Source: Nitrososphaeria archaeon (GTDB lineage Archaea; Thermoproteota; Nitrososphaeria; JACIWG01). From it: DNA of 64,000 bases. How positions within the stretch are numbered: position 1 is the first letter of the stretch; every line of letters begins with the position of its first letter. A program made the position numbers and the translations under genes. The stretch covers positions 192,001 through 256,000 of the forward strand of contig CAVVXT010000019.1 of NCBI GenBank assembly GCA_963752255.1. The letters are read 5' to 3'. Shown here one piece after another: positions 52,370 through 63,038 of the stretch. Under the pieces are notes generated by a model that saw only the letters and a program-made list of their open reading frames with translations, was not told the origin of the DNA and did no database searches.

Positions 52370-54039
52370 TTAATTATTCACTGTCCTACTCGCTATCATA
52401 TTGAAACCTTTCCCAAGAAGATCTTTCACAATAATGTCACCAGCTTTTATAGGAGCTTTTACCTTAACCTTGGAAAGTTCCTTAAGTAAACGCTCTAAAG
52501 TTGCTTAGGTACAGGCTTATCAGACCTTATGGGTAGAACACCTATCGTTGAAGCTCCCTCGATTGGAACCACTGTAAACAATATCCTTACAGGGCAGGTG
52601 GCTTCCTGTCTTATAAACTCCAAACCTCTACCACATAGAGCACCCTGTATCTCCTTCACCCGATTACCATCCATTATTACTGTCGCCTGACATCCAATAG
52701 GGCACACAATACAGATAATACTCTTCGTAGCTATCCCTTCACATCCTTTTACAATTTTAGATTTCTTTGCTACACTACCTGTTACCTTAACCTGAAAAGT
52801 TAAATTATCACACTTTAAAAGATCCTTTCTAAACTTTAATTTTACCATTTCTGGAGGTCTGAGAACCCTATTAAAGGAACGTACACCAATTTCCGGAAGT
52901 TCAATGTAAGCATTTTCAGTAGGTTCCTTAATACGTATATAGAACTTAACATCCGTTGTACCACTAAATTTTTGTGGAACAACAGACTTTATACCATTAC
53001 CTAAAACAACATGTTTCCATTGGATTCCCTTGGGAACAGCTCCCTCCAGAGCTCTTACCGCCGATAAGGCAGCGATTTCACCTTGTGAGGTTACATCGTC
53101 GACAATATCATTAACCGCAAGAAAGTTACCTGCTGCAAAAATATTTGGCACACTTGTCTCTAGAAACTTGTTCACAACGGGGCCTCCAGTACCTAAGTCA
53201 ATTTCGAATCCAAGTCCTTCAGGTAGCATTCTGGGGAATCGCAAATCAGGGATAAGACCAGTTGCTAGAACAAGAAGATCACATTTTATCTCCTCCTCTG
53301 TCCCAAGAATAGGAACAAGATTTTCATTCACCTTCGCAACAACAACACTTTCAATTCTCTTCTTCCCCTTTATCTGAACCACAGTACTTCCTAAATAGAG
53401 AGGAATGTCAAAGTCTAAAAGACATTGAGCTTGATTTCTTCTTAACCCACATGTATAAGAAAGAATCTCATGGACACCTTTGACATGTGCTCCCTCTTGT
53501 GAAAACCTTCTTGCCATTATGAGGCCAACATCTCCAGAACCAACTACAACAACTTCTTTGCCAGGAAGATAACCGTAGATATCCATATACCTCTGCGCGG
53601 TACCAGCTGTCATAACGCCGGCAGGCCTATCTCCTGGAATATTTAATTCATCCCTTCCTCTTTCCCTACAACCGGTCGTTAAAATAACCGTCTTAACATA
53701 AATCTTCATAAAACCGTTTTCGGAACTGATAATATCTACAAAATGATCGAACGAAGACTTTGTTTCTATTCCTATGGCCATTGCTTGAGTCAAAGTTTCA
53801 ATATCATAGTTTGATATCTTATCAATGAATTTCTGCATATATTCAGGACCTGTCAAATTTTCGTTAAAATATTCTAGACCAAAGCCGGTGTGCACGCATT
53901 GAAGGAGAATTCCTCCAAGTTCTTTAGCACCTTCAACTATTGCTACCCTCCTTGCGCCTTCTTCGTATGCTTTACAGGCAGCAGCTAGTCCTGCGGCACC
54001 ACCGCCAACAATCAGAACATCCGCTTCTTTGTTAATCAT
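52370..54039 (-). CDS. FAD/NAD(P) oxidoreductase fused to DUF1667 (-1 frameshift near 52497)
   Basis: GGGAAG, LLQCVH.GFG, GSGDVG, CIVCPIGC; shifted frame continues KAPIKAGDIIVKD..IASR. Confidence 0.85.
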
Positions 54040-55522
54040 TTGAGTCACCAAAAAGATCCTTTATCTTGCAAAGAAGCACTTCACTTCCTTCAGATTTTAG
54101 TAGAATCTTATTAGGAGGAACTCCAAGTTCCTTACTCAGTATTTCAACTATCTTCGACTGGCATGACATCCCTTGGCATCTGCCTAGACCAGCGCGTGTC
54201 CGAAAGGCGACACCTTGGAGAGTCCTAGCACCTCTTCTGATAGCTTCAACAATTTCTCCTTCAGTTATACCTTCGCACCAACATACTAGATTAGCAAATT
54301 TGGGATCGTCGTGGTATAACATCTTCTTACATTCTATAGTTTGTGCTAATATTCTTGGAATACATTTTCTGTAAGGATCCCAATGGGACTTCTTCACACC
54401 AATAAAACCTTGACTTTCCATTATCCTTATAACATCTATAGCAATTGCAGGAGAGGATGCGAGACCCGGAGATCTAATTCCAATAACATTAATGAATCTC
54501 GAAGGCTTACTGTATCCTTCAATTATGAAGTCTGAGTGAGGAGGCTCAGCTCTCAGGCCAGCGTAATTTTTAATACACTTATTTTTTGGAGGAAGTATGG
54601 GACCCCATTTTTCGATAATATAGTTATAGACCTTTTCAAGGCCTTCCCTACTAGTGGCAGTGTTTTCTTTTTGATCCTTTAGCATATCCTCAGAGGTGGG
54701 CCCAATCAGTGTACTACCTTCAGTGTCAGGGAGTATACAGATACCCTTACTTATTTGCGAGGGTGCTGGGAAGATTATATGGTTAACTGGGCAACGATAT
54801 TCTGATGGAAATATCCAATATTCTCCTCTTCTAGGATGTATTTCGATGTCTACGTTGTTATTGGTCATAGTAACACCGAGCATGTGAGAGATCTTATCAC
54901 CGTATAATCCGGCAGCATTGATTATCCAGTCTGCTTCAAAAATCCCTTGGTTTGTCTTTAAAAGGAAGAAGTCTTTACTTTCCTCTATACTAATCACTTC
55001 ATTTTGCAGCTTAAGTAAGACGCCGTTAGAAACAGCGTTTTCTATAACAGCTATGTTAGCGTAGAAGGGGAGAACAGAGCCTTCCGTAGGAGCATATAAT
55101 GCGGCAATAATTCCATTAAGATTGGGTTCCATTTTTCTAGCTTCTTCAGCTGTTAGCAGCTTTAAGTTTGGAACATCATTTAGCAGTCCTCTCTTGTAAA
55201 GAGAACCGAGGATTGCAATCTCACCGTCCTTTGTCACCTCAACCAGAGCCCCACACCAGTTAACGGGAATCTCAAGCTGGCCAGCTATTGTGTGCCAGAG
55301 CATATTTCCTTTTGCGCATAATCCTGCTCTAATTGGCTGCCTTTTTGGATCATCGTCATATCCTGCGTGTATGATGCCTGTGTTTGACTTCGATGTACCG
55401 CATGCCACATCAACCTCTTTTTCGAAAATTGTAACACGTAAATTTTCATATTTTGAAAGTTCTCTAGTTATAAAGCTACCAACAATACCTGCACCGATAA
55501 TAGCCACTCTCTCAAAAGACAT
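54032..55522 (-). CDS. glpA: FAD-dependent glycerol-3-phosphate dehydrogenase-like protein with BFD 2Fe-2S domain
   Basis: GAGIVG, TSKSNTGIIHAG, SPGLASSPA, CWCE..RAGLGRCQG..C; adjacent to glpK. Confidence 0.82.
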   Translation of the reverse strand: MSFERVAIIGAGIVGSFITRELSKYENLRVTIFEKEVDVACGTSKSNTGIIHAGYDDDPKRQPIRAGLCAKGNMLWHTIAGQLEIPVNWCGALVEVTKDGEIAILGSLYKRGLLNDVPNLKLLTAEEARKMEPNLNGIIAALYAPTEGSVLPFYANIAVIENAVSNGVLLKLQNEVISIEESKDFFLLKTNQGIFEADWIINAAGLYGDKISHMLGVTMTNNNVDIEIHPRRGEYWIFPSEYRCPVNHIIFPAPSQISKGICILPDTEGSTLIGPTSEDMLKDQKENTATSREGLEKVYNYIIEKWGPILPPKNKCIKNYAGLRAEPPHSDFIIEGYSKPSRFINVIGIRSPGLASSPAIAIDVIRIMESQGFIGVKKSHWDPYRKCIPRILAQTIECKKMLYHDDPKFANLVCWCEGITEGEIVEAIRRGARTLQGVAFRTRAGLGRCQGMSCQSKIVEILSKELGVPPNKILLKSEGSEVLLCKIKDLFGDSND

Positions 55523-55564
55523 TGGACTGTAAAAGAATTTTAGAACATATAAATCTTTTAGAAA

Positions 55565-57103
55565 CTAAGATACCTTCCTAAGCCACCCCATCGAAAGTTT
55601 GACTGCTTCTTTCCATCCAATATAAAGATGCTCTCTTTTATTATCTGACCATTCTGGTTCGAAGATTCTGTCCATTTTCCAAAGTTTAGCAAGCTCATTT
55701 GTATTTTTCCAAAAAGACACAGCTAAACCGGCAGCGTATGCTGCTCCTAAGGAACTAGTTTCAAAAAATTGGGGTCTAACAACCTTGGTTCCAAGAGTGT
55801 CTGCTTGCAACTGCATCAGATAATTATTCGCAACGGCACCGCCATCAACCTTCAAGATTTCAAGCCCAGCTCCTGAAGCTCTGGCCATGGTCTCAAAAAC
55901 ATCTCTGGTCTGCCAGCATATTGATTCTAGTGCAGCATGCACTAAATGGTCCCTTTTAATAAACGAGGTCAAACCACAGATGATACCCCGTGCGTCAGAA
56001 TCCCAATAAGGTGCATAAAGCCCATTAAATGCGGGTACAAAATAGACACCACTCGATCCTTCATCTTTAATGGATTCAGCTATCTTCTCTGTCTCCGAAG
56101 CGGAACCAATGATTTTTAGATTATCTCGAAGCCACTGAACAACAGAACCAGCTACAGCAATTGACCCTTCCAAAGCATAAACAGTCTTCCCCTCTTCAAA
56201 GCTGTATGCACAAGTTGTCAGTAGACCTTCCTTCGACAGTTTAGGTGAATTACCAATATTCGAAAGCATAAAACATCCTGTGCCATATGTATTTTTTGAT
56301 TCACCTTCCCTGAAGCAAGACTGACCAACCAAGGCAGCCTGTTGATCACCTAAGTCGCCGCAGACAGGAATCTTCGAACTAAAAATACTATCCTCTCTTG
56401 TATATCCATAAAAATTCTTGTCAGAGGATGGTTTAAGTTCAGGAAGGATTTTTTCTGGTATTTTAAGAAGACTGAGTATTTCTTGATCCCATTCAAGTTT
56501 GTTTATATCCATCAACATCGTCCTTGAACCATTTGTATAATCTGTGACATGTGATCCACCTTTAGGACCTCCTGTTAGCCACCATATCATCCAAGTATCA
56601 ATATTACCAAAAAAGACCTTACCAAGCCCAGAATACTCCAGGACTTTAGGAATATTTTTAAAAATCCATTTAATTTTAGGGCCTGAAAAATATGTGGATA
56701 AAAATAATCCTGTATTAGGTTTTATAAGTGACTCATCATACCCTTGAATCTTGAGCTTTTCACATATCTCTTTAGTCCTTGTATCCTGCCATACAATTGC
56801 GTTATAGTAAGGTTGACCGGTTTCAGGATTCCATAGAACAACCGTTTCCCTTTGATTTGTAACACCAACAGCCACGATTTCTTCACTCTGAATCTTTGAA
56901 CTCTTAACAGCTTCTTTTATCACTGCAAACATGTTGTCAATTATCTCCAATGGATCGTGTTCAACCCATCCTGGATAGGGATAGATCTGCTTATGTTCAA
57001 GATAACTTGACGAAACCTTGCTCCCTTCATGATCAAAGATTATACATCTTGTACCAGTTGTCCCTTGGTCAATCGCTAAACAATATCCATCTTCTGCTAC
57101 CAT
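55565..57103 (-). CDS. glpK: Glycerol kinase
   Basis: DQGTTGTR, TNQRET, VWQD.R, GDQQAAL, KNTYGTG, VDGGA. Confidence 0.95.
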   Translation of the reverse strand: MVAEDGYCLAIDQGTTGTRCIIFDHEGSKVSSSYLEHKQIYPYPGWVEHDPLEIIDNMFAVIKEAVKSSKIQSEEIVAVGVTNQRETVVLWNPETGQPYYNAIVWQDTRTKEICEKLKIQGYDESLIKPNTGLFLSTYFSGPKIKWIFKNIPKVLEYSGLGKVFFGNIDTWMIWWLTGGPKGGSHVTDYTNGSRTMLMDINKLEWDQEILSLLKIPEKILPELKPSSDKNFYGYTREDSIFSSKIPVCGDLGDQQAALVGQSCFREGESKNTYGTGCFMLSNIGNSPKLSKEGLLTTCAYSFEEGKTVYALEGSIAVAGSVVQWLRDNLKIIGSASETEKIAESIKDEGSSGVYFVPAFNGLYAPYWDSDARGIICGLTSFIKRDHLVHAALESICWQTRDVFETMARASGAGLEILKVDGGAVANNYLMQLQADTLGTKVVRPQFFETSSLGAAYAAGLAVSFWKNTNELAKLWKMDRIFEPEWSDNKREHLYIGWKEAVKLSMGWLRKVS

Positions 57104-57190
57104 TATCTTTCTTAGATAACATTTTTCTTAAAAACTTTCCAATATGCAAAAAAAGTATTATTTAGAAACAATACCATCTTAGATATAAAA

Positions 57191-57499
57191 TTATGCTTTA
57201 GTCTTCTCCAAATCGCCTCTTGCTCTTAAGCCAATCACATTATGAATATGCACATATTCTCCAGCATCTATATCGTTAGTCGCTTTACCTATTACTTCGC
57301 CATATTTGATGATCTTTTCACCCTTGGATATTTTTTTTGTGGCGAATTTATGACCAAAAGGAATATTAGATTTTATTAAGAGTCTAAAATACCTTTTTCC
57401 AATTTCTAACCTCACAAAATCACCTTTCTTGATATCTACCAAAGCATTTGCAACATTATCTTTGACATTAATGATTATAGCTTTTCTTATAGACATCAT
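57191..57499 (-). CDS. UxaA-family small subunit (SAF domain, SuyA-like)
   Basis: KDNVA, IPFGHKFA, IIKYGEVIG, GEYVHIHN. Confidence 0.88.
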   Translation of the reverse strand: MMSIRKAIIINVKDNVANALVDIKKGDFVRLEIGKRYFRLLIKSNIPFGHKFATKKISKGEKIIKYGEVIGKATNDIDAGEYVHIHNVIGLRARGDLEKTKA

Positions 57500-58662
57500 A
57501 TCACAGGCCCCCTACAGTATATGTCAAAATTACCATCATAACCAAGAATTTCTGCTTTTGTTAGCTTACCTGATGAGACATCAATAATTTGATTCAGAAT
57601 CTTTTTCGCTGCACTATCAATTGTTTCATAACCATAGAAAACAGAACTAAGGTCAGCGTCAATATGTTCTGATAAATTAGAGCATACATCAGGATTTCCT
57701 GATGCTTTTATTACGGGTACGATTGGAAAGCCTTGCGGAGCACCACTACCTGTTGAAAAAAGCATTATTTGACTACCTCCTGCCGCAAAACCAGTAAGGG
57801 CTTCTAGCTCCCTTCCCGGTCCATCCATAAATATCAGTCCTTTTTTTGTAACCCTATCCCCATAATCAATGACATCTATGAGCTTTGAAGAACCTGTTTT
57901 ACAAATTGCACCAAGTGACTTCTCTTCTATCGTTGTTATACCACCTCTTATGTTCCCCCCTGTTGGTTGACCGCCTCTCATATCCACACCCATGGACATA
58001 GCCCTCTTTTCAATAGCACTTACAGTAGAATACAATTTTTCAGCTACTTCCCTGCTCACAGCTCTCTGAGCCAAGACATGTTCAGCACCAATCAATTCAG
58101 TTGTTTCTCCAAATACTACAGTTCCACCTAATTCTATAATCAAATCTGCAACCCTACCGGCAACAGGATTTGAAACTATCCCTGAAGTTGTATCAGAAGC
58201 ACCACATTTTATTGCCAATTTGAGTTCTGACAGATCAAAATTCTTTCTTTTAATTCTCTTAGATTCTGTACACATTTTTTTGACAATCTCAAGTCCTTTG
58301 GAAACGGCTTCGGACATACCTCTTTCCTCAATTGTAACTGTTTTTACATCTTTCACCTTAGATATAGCATCAGCTATCTTCTCCAGAGATGTACTTTCGC
58401 ATCCAAGATTTACTAATAGTACAGAAAATAAATTAGGATTCAATGCAAGGTTTATCAAAACATTTTCTACATTAACAATATCTGGAGGGGTCTGAGCACA
58501 ACCTTGGTGATGCACAATTGGTTTTACTTCTGGATTAAGTTGAGCCATCTTCTGAACAACATCTGCTGAACAACCAACCGTTGACATTATCCCAACATAG
58601 TTTCTAATACCAACACCATTTTTCCTCAGATAACCTTTAAACTCCATATCACCCAAGGACAA
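57496..58662 (-). CDS. UxaA-family dehydratase/sulfo-lyase large subunit (SuyB/GarD-like)
   Basis: VGIRN, HHQGC, LGCE, KCGASD, GETTE, GNIRGGITTIEEKSLG. Confidence 0.88.
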   Translation of the reverse strand: MSLGDMEFKGYLRKNGVGIRNYVGIMSTVGCSADVVQKMAQLNPEVKPIVHHQGCAQTPPDIVNVENVLINLALNPNLFSVLLVNLGCESTSLEKIADAISKVKDVKTVTIEERGMSEAVSKGLEIVKKMCTESKRIKRKNFDLSELKLAIKCGASDTTSGIVSNPVAGRVADLIIELGGTVVFGETTELIGAEHVLAQRAVSREVAEKLYSTVSAIEKRAMSMGVDMRGGQPTGGNIRGGITTIEEKSLGAICKTGSSKLIDVIDYGDRVTKKGLIFMDGPGRELEALTGFAAGGSQIMLFSTGSGAPQGFPIVPVIKASGNPDVCSNLSEHIDADLSSVFYGYETIDSAAKKILNQIIDVSSGKLTKAEILGYDGNFDIYCRGPVI

Positions 58663-59129
58663 ATAGGATGATATTTAGTTTTTTCAATTTTTTTATAATC
58701 ACAATATTTTAAAGTAATGAAGGACGATCTGATTCTTTTACCTCTTCCAAAAAATATACAAAATCTTTGTATAAAATGATAAGGTATGTCCGCTTAATCC
58801 AACAGTCGATGAACTTATTTATCAAGAACGTTTCGGGTAAATATGTCATAAAAGATATTATAAAGTATCCACAGATCATCATAGAACTCTGAGAAAATCA
58901 CGCCACTCCCTATCGTTCCACTGCTACCAGCTCATTAATCTAACTCTCCAACCGATCAAAGCTAGGTAGCATGCTAGAGCGATCAAAAGATGTACTTTTC
59001 ATTGTGATGCAATGTGCTCCCATGTGGGGATTTGGAACAAGAATGGCTCCTGAGTGGGTCAAAGCGGATGTTTACTCTCGCATGTAAACCAAAAACGATG
59101 CTCACACGTGGACGCCCAAAGGGATTAAT

Positions 59130-59158
59130 AATCGCTATGTTTATATAACATAGCGATT
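59130..59158. promoter_or_regulatory. ModE-box-like palindrome centred on the wtpA TATA box
   Basis: AATCGCTATGTT-TATAT-AACATAGCGATT, perfect 12-bp arms. Confidence 0.7.
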
Positions 59159-59178
59159 TCAGATGAAGGAGATATAAA

Positions 59179-60375
59179 ATGAAAGTGGAAAAACGCAACC
59201 GAAGCACTATGGTGTATTCGTTTATTATCATCGGTCTAATAATTGGAGCCGTTATAGGATTTGGATTAGGTTACTTAACTTATGAACCTCAAATCAGCTC
59301 GCTAAATTCACAAGTAACGAGCTTTAATTCAGCAGCAGACCTCCAGAACTCTTTAATCACTACAGCTTCTAATTCGCCGCCCTTTGCAGTCGGTGCAGCT
59401 GGCACTTTATCATATGCGTTTGGCTCAGTTCTCAATGCCTATGAGGAACAATACCCCAACATTAAAGTCGCACCCGCTCTGTTTGAGGGAAGTAGTGCAG
59501 TTGCCCAATCGGAGAACACAACAAAACAGTTTAGTTTGGAAGCCGCTGCTGACACGACCACTATGCCGAGTGTCATCTTTCCTAATCTCGCAAATTACGA
59601 AATTGCCTTTGGCCAGACAAAAATGGTCATTATTGTCAATCTATTATCACCCGCTGGACTCAAACTCTACAACATGTGGGAAGGCGTTCAAGGACTTCCC
59701 ACAATGTCTACTCAGTGGAATCAGACTTGGCAACAGATGTTCACCTTGATTGCCCTTAACTCGACCACTAAAGTTGGTGTTTCGAATCCTTTCACCGATC
59801 CTAGCGGTTATCAGGGTGCTGGCATGATTCGATTGGCTGGCTTAACTTTCTTTGGAAATATATCATACCTATACAACGCGATATACAACAACCAGAGTAA
59901 ATACTACATGGCAAACACTGAAACAAATCTAGTTACGCTTATGCAGACCCAACACATAGATTTCATAACTTCATCTTACCTGTCCAACGCTATACCGCAG
60001 ACGGGAAACTCAACTCAAACACACCTCGCCTACATCACACTACCCGACGCAGTTAGCCTAGGGGTCTTATCGAACGTCAGCTATTATCACAAAGCCAACT
60101 TCAAATACACGGAACTGGGAACGACCAAATCATTCACCATCAACCCCGTCATCTACACGCTAACGATTCCAACACCCTCCACCAACACAGCAGCAGCTAC
60201 CCTATTCATCCAAACCTTATTCAGTCAAACTGGCCAGAGCATACTAAAGAAAAACGGCATAACTCCCATTTTGCCGGGCATCGTCTACGGTAACTACACC
60301 AGTATTCCAAGCCTAATCAAACCATTCACTACACCGGTTAACGCAACATATTCACCTTTATTTCCCGGGAGCTGA
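59179..60375 (+). CDS. wtpA: Tungstate/molybdate ABC substrate-binding protein
   Basis: AAGTL, EGSS, AD, SNPFTDPSGY, Y.S.A, VIYTLTIP; N-terminal TM anchor. Confidence 0.8.
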   Translation: MKVEKRNRSTMVYSFIIIGLIIGAVIGFGLGYLTYEPQISSLNSQVTSFNSAADLQNSLITTASNSPPFAVGAAGTLSYAFGSVLNAYEEQYPNIKVAPALFEGSSAVAQSENTTKQFSLEAAADTTTMPSVIFPNLANYEIAFGQTKMVIIVNLLSPAGLKLYNMWEGVQGLPTMSTQWNQTWQQMFTLIALNSTTKVGVSNPFTDPSGYQGAGMIRLAGLTFFGNISYLYNAIYNNQSKYYMANTETNLVTLMQTQHIDFITSSYLSNAIPQTGNSTQTHLAYITLPDAVSLGVLSNVSYYHKANFKYTELGTTKSFTINPVIYTLTIPTPSTNTAAATLFIQTLFSQTGQSILKKNGITPILPGIVYGNYTSIPSLIKPFTTPVNATYSPLFPGS

Positions 60376-61166
60376 CCAAGTTTCAAGGAACATTCAGAGC
60401 GATATTGATATTCTGTGGCGCAGTAACGATCCTTTTTTTTCTCTATCCAATCCTACTTATCGTAGTACTTGGTGCTGAAGATATCATTTCCGCGCTCACG
60501 ACAAGTTCTTTTCTGGCTTCGGTTGAGGTTACTTTCATAATTGCCACAGCCGCAGCGATCCTTTCTGTGCTAGTAGGTACGCCTTTCGCTTATCTTCTGG
60601 CTAGATCAGACTTCAAGTTGAAAGAAGTTATCGACGCAATCATCGACATACCTATTATGATTCCTCATGTTATAGTTGGCATAATGGTTGTGTTAGCTTT
60701 CTCCTCAACATATGGGTTAGGTCCATTTCTGCAGGGAATCGGAATAAATATGATCGATACGTTGATAGGCGCCATAATTACAGTTACCTATCTGTCAGCA
60801 ACTTACTCTATTAGGGTGGTTGAGTCGTCGATAAAGATGATTAACCCTGATGTCGAGCTGACGGCTCGAACACTGGGTTCCTCACCAACATTTACGTTCC
60901 TCCATGTTATAGTGCCTAGAATCTGGAAGTCAATAGCCAACGGAGCGATACTTACTTGGGCAAGGGCGGTTGCGGAGGTGGGAGCGCTGCTCGTAGTAGC
61001 TTATTATGTGTACTTCAACGGTAACGATGTGTATCCAGCTTCGATCTATATTTATGAAGGGTACATAGCACTAGGGTTAGCTGGTGCAATCAAGTACTCA
61101 GCAGCTCTTCTCATAATAGTCCTTGCTACATTCATCATTTACAGATTGGTTCTGAGACATGTCTGA
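60372..61166 (+). CDS. wtpB: Tungstate/molybdate ABC permease (possible CTG start at 60372, otherwise 60405)
   Basis: GTPFAYLLAR, DIPIMIPH..VG, ARTLG, WARAVAEVGA. Confidence 0.85.
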   Translation: MTKFQGTFRAILIFCGAVTILFFLYPILLIVVLGAEDIISALTTSSFLASVEVTFIIATAAAILSVLVGTPFAYLLARSDFKLKEVIDAIIDIPIMIPHVIVGIMVVLAFSSTYGLGPFLQGIGINMIDTLIGAIITVTYLSATYSIRVVESSIKMINPDVELTARTLGSSPTFTFLHVIVPRIWKSIANGAILTWARAVAEVGALLVVAYYVYFNGNDVYPASIYIYEGYIALGLAGAIKYSAALLIIVLATFIIYRLVLRHV

Positions 61167-61171
61167 AAGAT

Positions 61172-62215
61172 GTGGATATGTTGCTTCAATTACTTAATGT
61201 TAATCTCACACTAGGAACTTTCAGGCTGAACTCTGTCACCCTAAATGTTAATCAGCAAGAATACCTGATTATAATCGGACGGACTGCCAGTGGCAAGACA
61301 ACGCTTCTTAAGACCATCGCAGGAGCCTACAGACCATCCAGCGGTAAAATACTGATTGATGGCTCAGATATTACAACCGCGCCTCCTGAAAAAAGGAATG
61401 TCGCTTACGTATCACAGATTTTCTCCTCATTTGATCCGATGAATGTCCAAGACAACATAGAGTTTGGGCTCAGAGCTAGAGGCGTGACAAAGTCGGAGAG
61501 AAAACAGCTGGTGAACGGGATTGTTAGAGACCTAGGCATTGAACATCTACTGGATAGGATGCCAGCTACGTTAAGCGGTGGTGAACAGCAGCGCGTTTCG
61601 TTGGCGAGAGCGTTGGTTACCAGCCCAAAGATATTACTATTGGATGAACCGCTTTCGATGATAGACCCCGAGACTAAAGGGTCAATCATAAGGCTACTGA
61701 AAGCAATCCCTGAGAAGTACAACATTCCAGTGGTCCATGTTACTCACGAATGGGACGAGGCTTACACATTAGCAAGTCTAATCGCTGTAATACATGAGGG
61801 CAGGATAATTGAGGTTGGTGATCCTGAACAAATATTTAATGAACCAAGGAACTATCATACGGCGAAGCTTGTAGGTTTCTATGATATGCACAAAGGAATA
61901 GCTACTCTTACTGATTCCGGATCTACAATAAAGTTGGAGAACGGTCTAGAACTGAAGTCGCGTATGAAAATTGGCGGTTCAGTTTACGCCTGTGTAAGAC
62001 CAGAACGAGTTAAACTAAACACCAGTAACGAGTTCAATAACCTTAAGGGAAGAGTTGTAGACGTGTTCAGAGAGAGATTTGGGTTTCGCATAATCATAAA
62101 TATAAACACTATTGAGTTTACAGCACTTGTTGGAAGCAAGCCTACTAGGGGAGATGTTGTAACAATTACCATACCAGAAGACAGCATATACGTGGTACCT
62201 ACTACAGGAATCTAA
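61172..62215 (+). CDS. wtpC: Tungstate/molybdate ABC ATPase with TOBE domain
   Basis: GRTASGKT, LSGGEQQR, LLLDEP, HVTH, VRPE. Confidence 0.88.
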   Translation: MDMLLQLLNVNLTLGTFRLNSVTLNVNQQEYLIIIGRTASGKTTLLKTIAGAYRPSSGKILIDGSDITTAPPEKRNVAYVSQIFSSFDPMNVQDNIEFGLRARGVTKSERKQLVNGIVRDLGIEHLLDRMPATLSGGEQQRVSLARALVTSPKILLLDEPLSMIDPETKGSIIRLLKAIPEKYNIPVVHVTHEWDEAYTLASLIAVIHEGRIIEVGDPEQIFNEPRNYHTAKLVGFYDMHKGIATLTDSGSTIKLENGLELKSRMKIGGSVYACVRPERVKLNTSNEFNNLKGRVVDVFRERFGFRIIININTIEFTALVGSKPTRGDVVTITIPEDSIYVVPTTGI

Positions 62216-62515
62216 TAGCGCGTCTGTACCGATGAAGATCAATGGAGACTTGTGGTCGTAATCGATGGGTGTTCCAAGTAAGCACATGGTTTCAGATCGA
62301 ATCGGTTGATATTTAGAGATACTACTGCAAGTCTTGTGGGAAATGGTTTCATCAACTTTTTCTATTCCTGAAAAAGTTAGAGAATAGTATACCTTATTCT
62401 AAGTTTGGGCAAGGGTCTCTGAACAGATAGTTGACTTTCCTAGTAAAAACATGTGGTTTGACAGAACAACGGATAAATAACGGTATTGAGGTTATTAAGA
62501 GTAAGGTGGCATTTA

Positions 62516-62899
62516 ATGGCTAAAATCGCATACATGCCTTGGCGGGAAATAATTGTTCATGAGATCACAGAACTCGATACGCAACGCTTCTTCGAATCAA
62601 TCGTATCACAGCTTCAGGCACAAGGCCAAACAGGCCTCGTCCCAGGTTGCAGCTGGATCGATGGAATCGCCTTCGTCTTAGGTTTTTTCCCAGATACCCA
62701 AGAAGTGGTAAAGGACAGATTAGAAGGCAAACTACACTATGCAGCTGTTAATTTCACGAGAATGAGTTACCAACAGGAGAAGAGAACAGTTGTTGGAGGA
62801 AGAGAATACACAGTGAAGTTATTTAAGGCGGATGACAACCCTAATTTTGTTGATCTGATTAAGTTCATAAAGGAAAATTTTAAGGAAAAAACTAGTTAG
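62516..62899 (+). CDS. Conserved archaeal hypothetical protein
   Basis: Long clean ORF (PWREIIVHE..WIDG..F) resembling TACK hypotheticals; function unknown. Confidence 0.6.
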   Translation: MAKIAYMPWREIIVHEITELDTQRFFESIVSQLQAQGQTGLVPGCSWIDGIAFVLGFFPDTQEVVKDRLEGKLHYAAVNFTRMSYQQEKRTVVGGREYTVKLFKADDNPNFVDLIKFIKENFKEKTS

Positions 62900-63038
62900 C
62901 ACGCTAATTTCAACAATTTCTGTTTTAATATAATTCTTACACAATAGAATGGATAAGGGCAAATGAATAACTGCTCCTTTGAATTTAGATGAAAATGGAA
63001 GTATGAGTCCATAAAGAGGACGATTCCTCTAATGGCTG

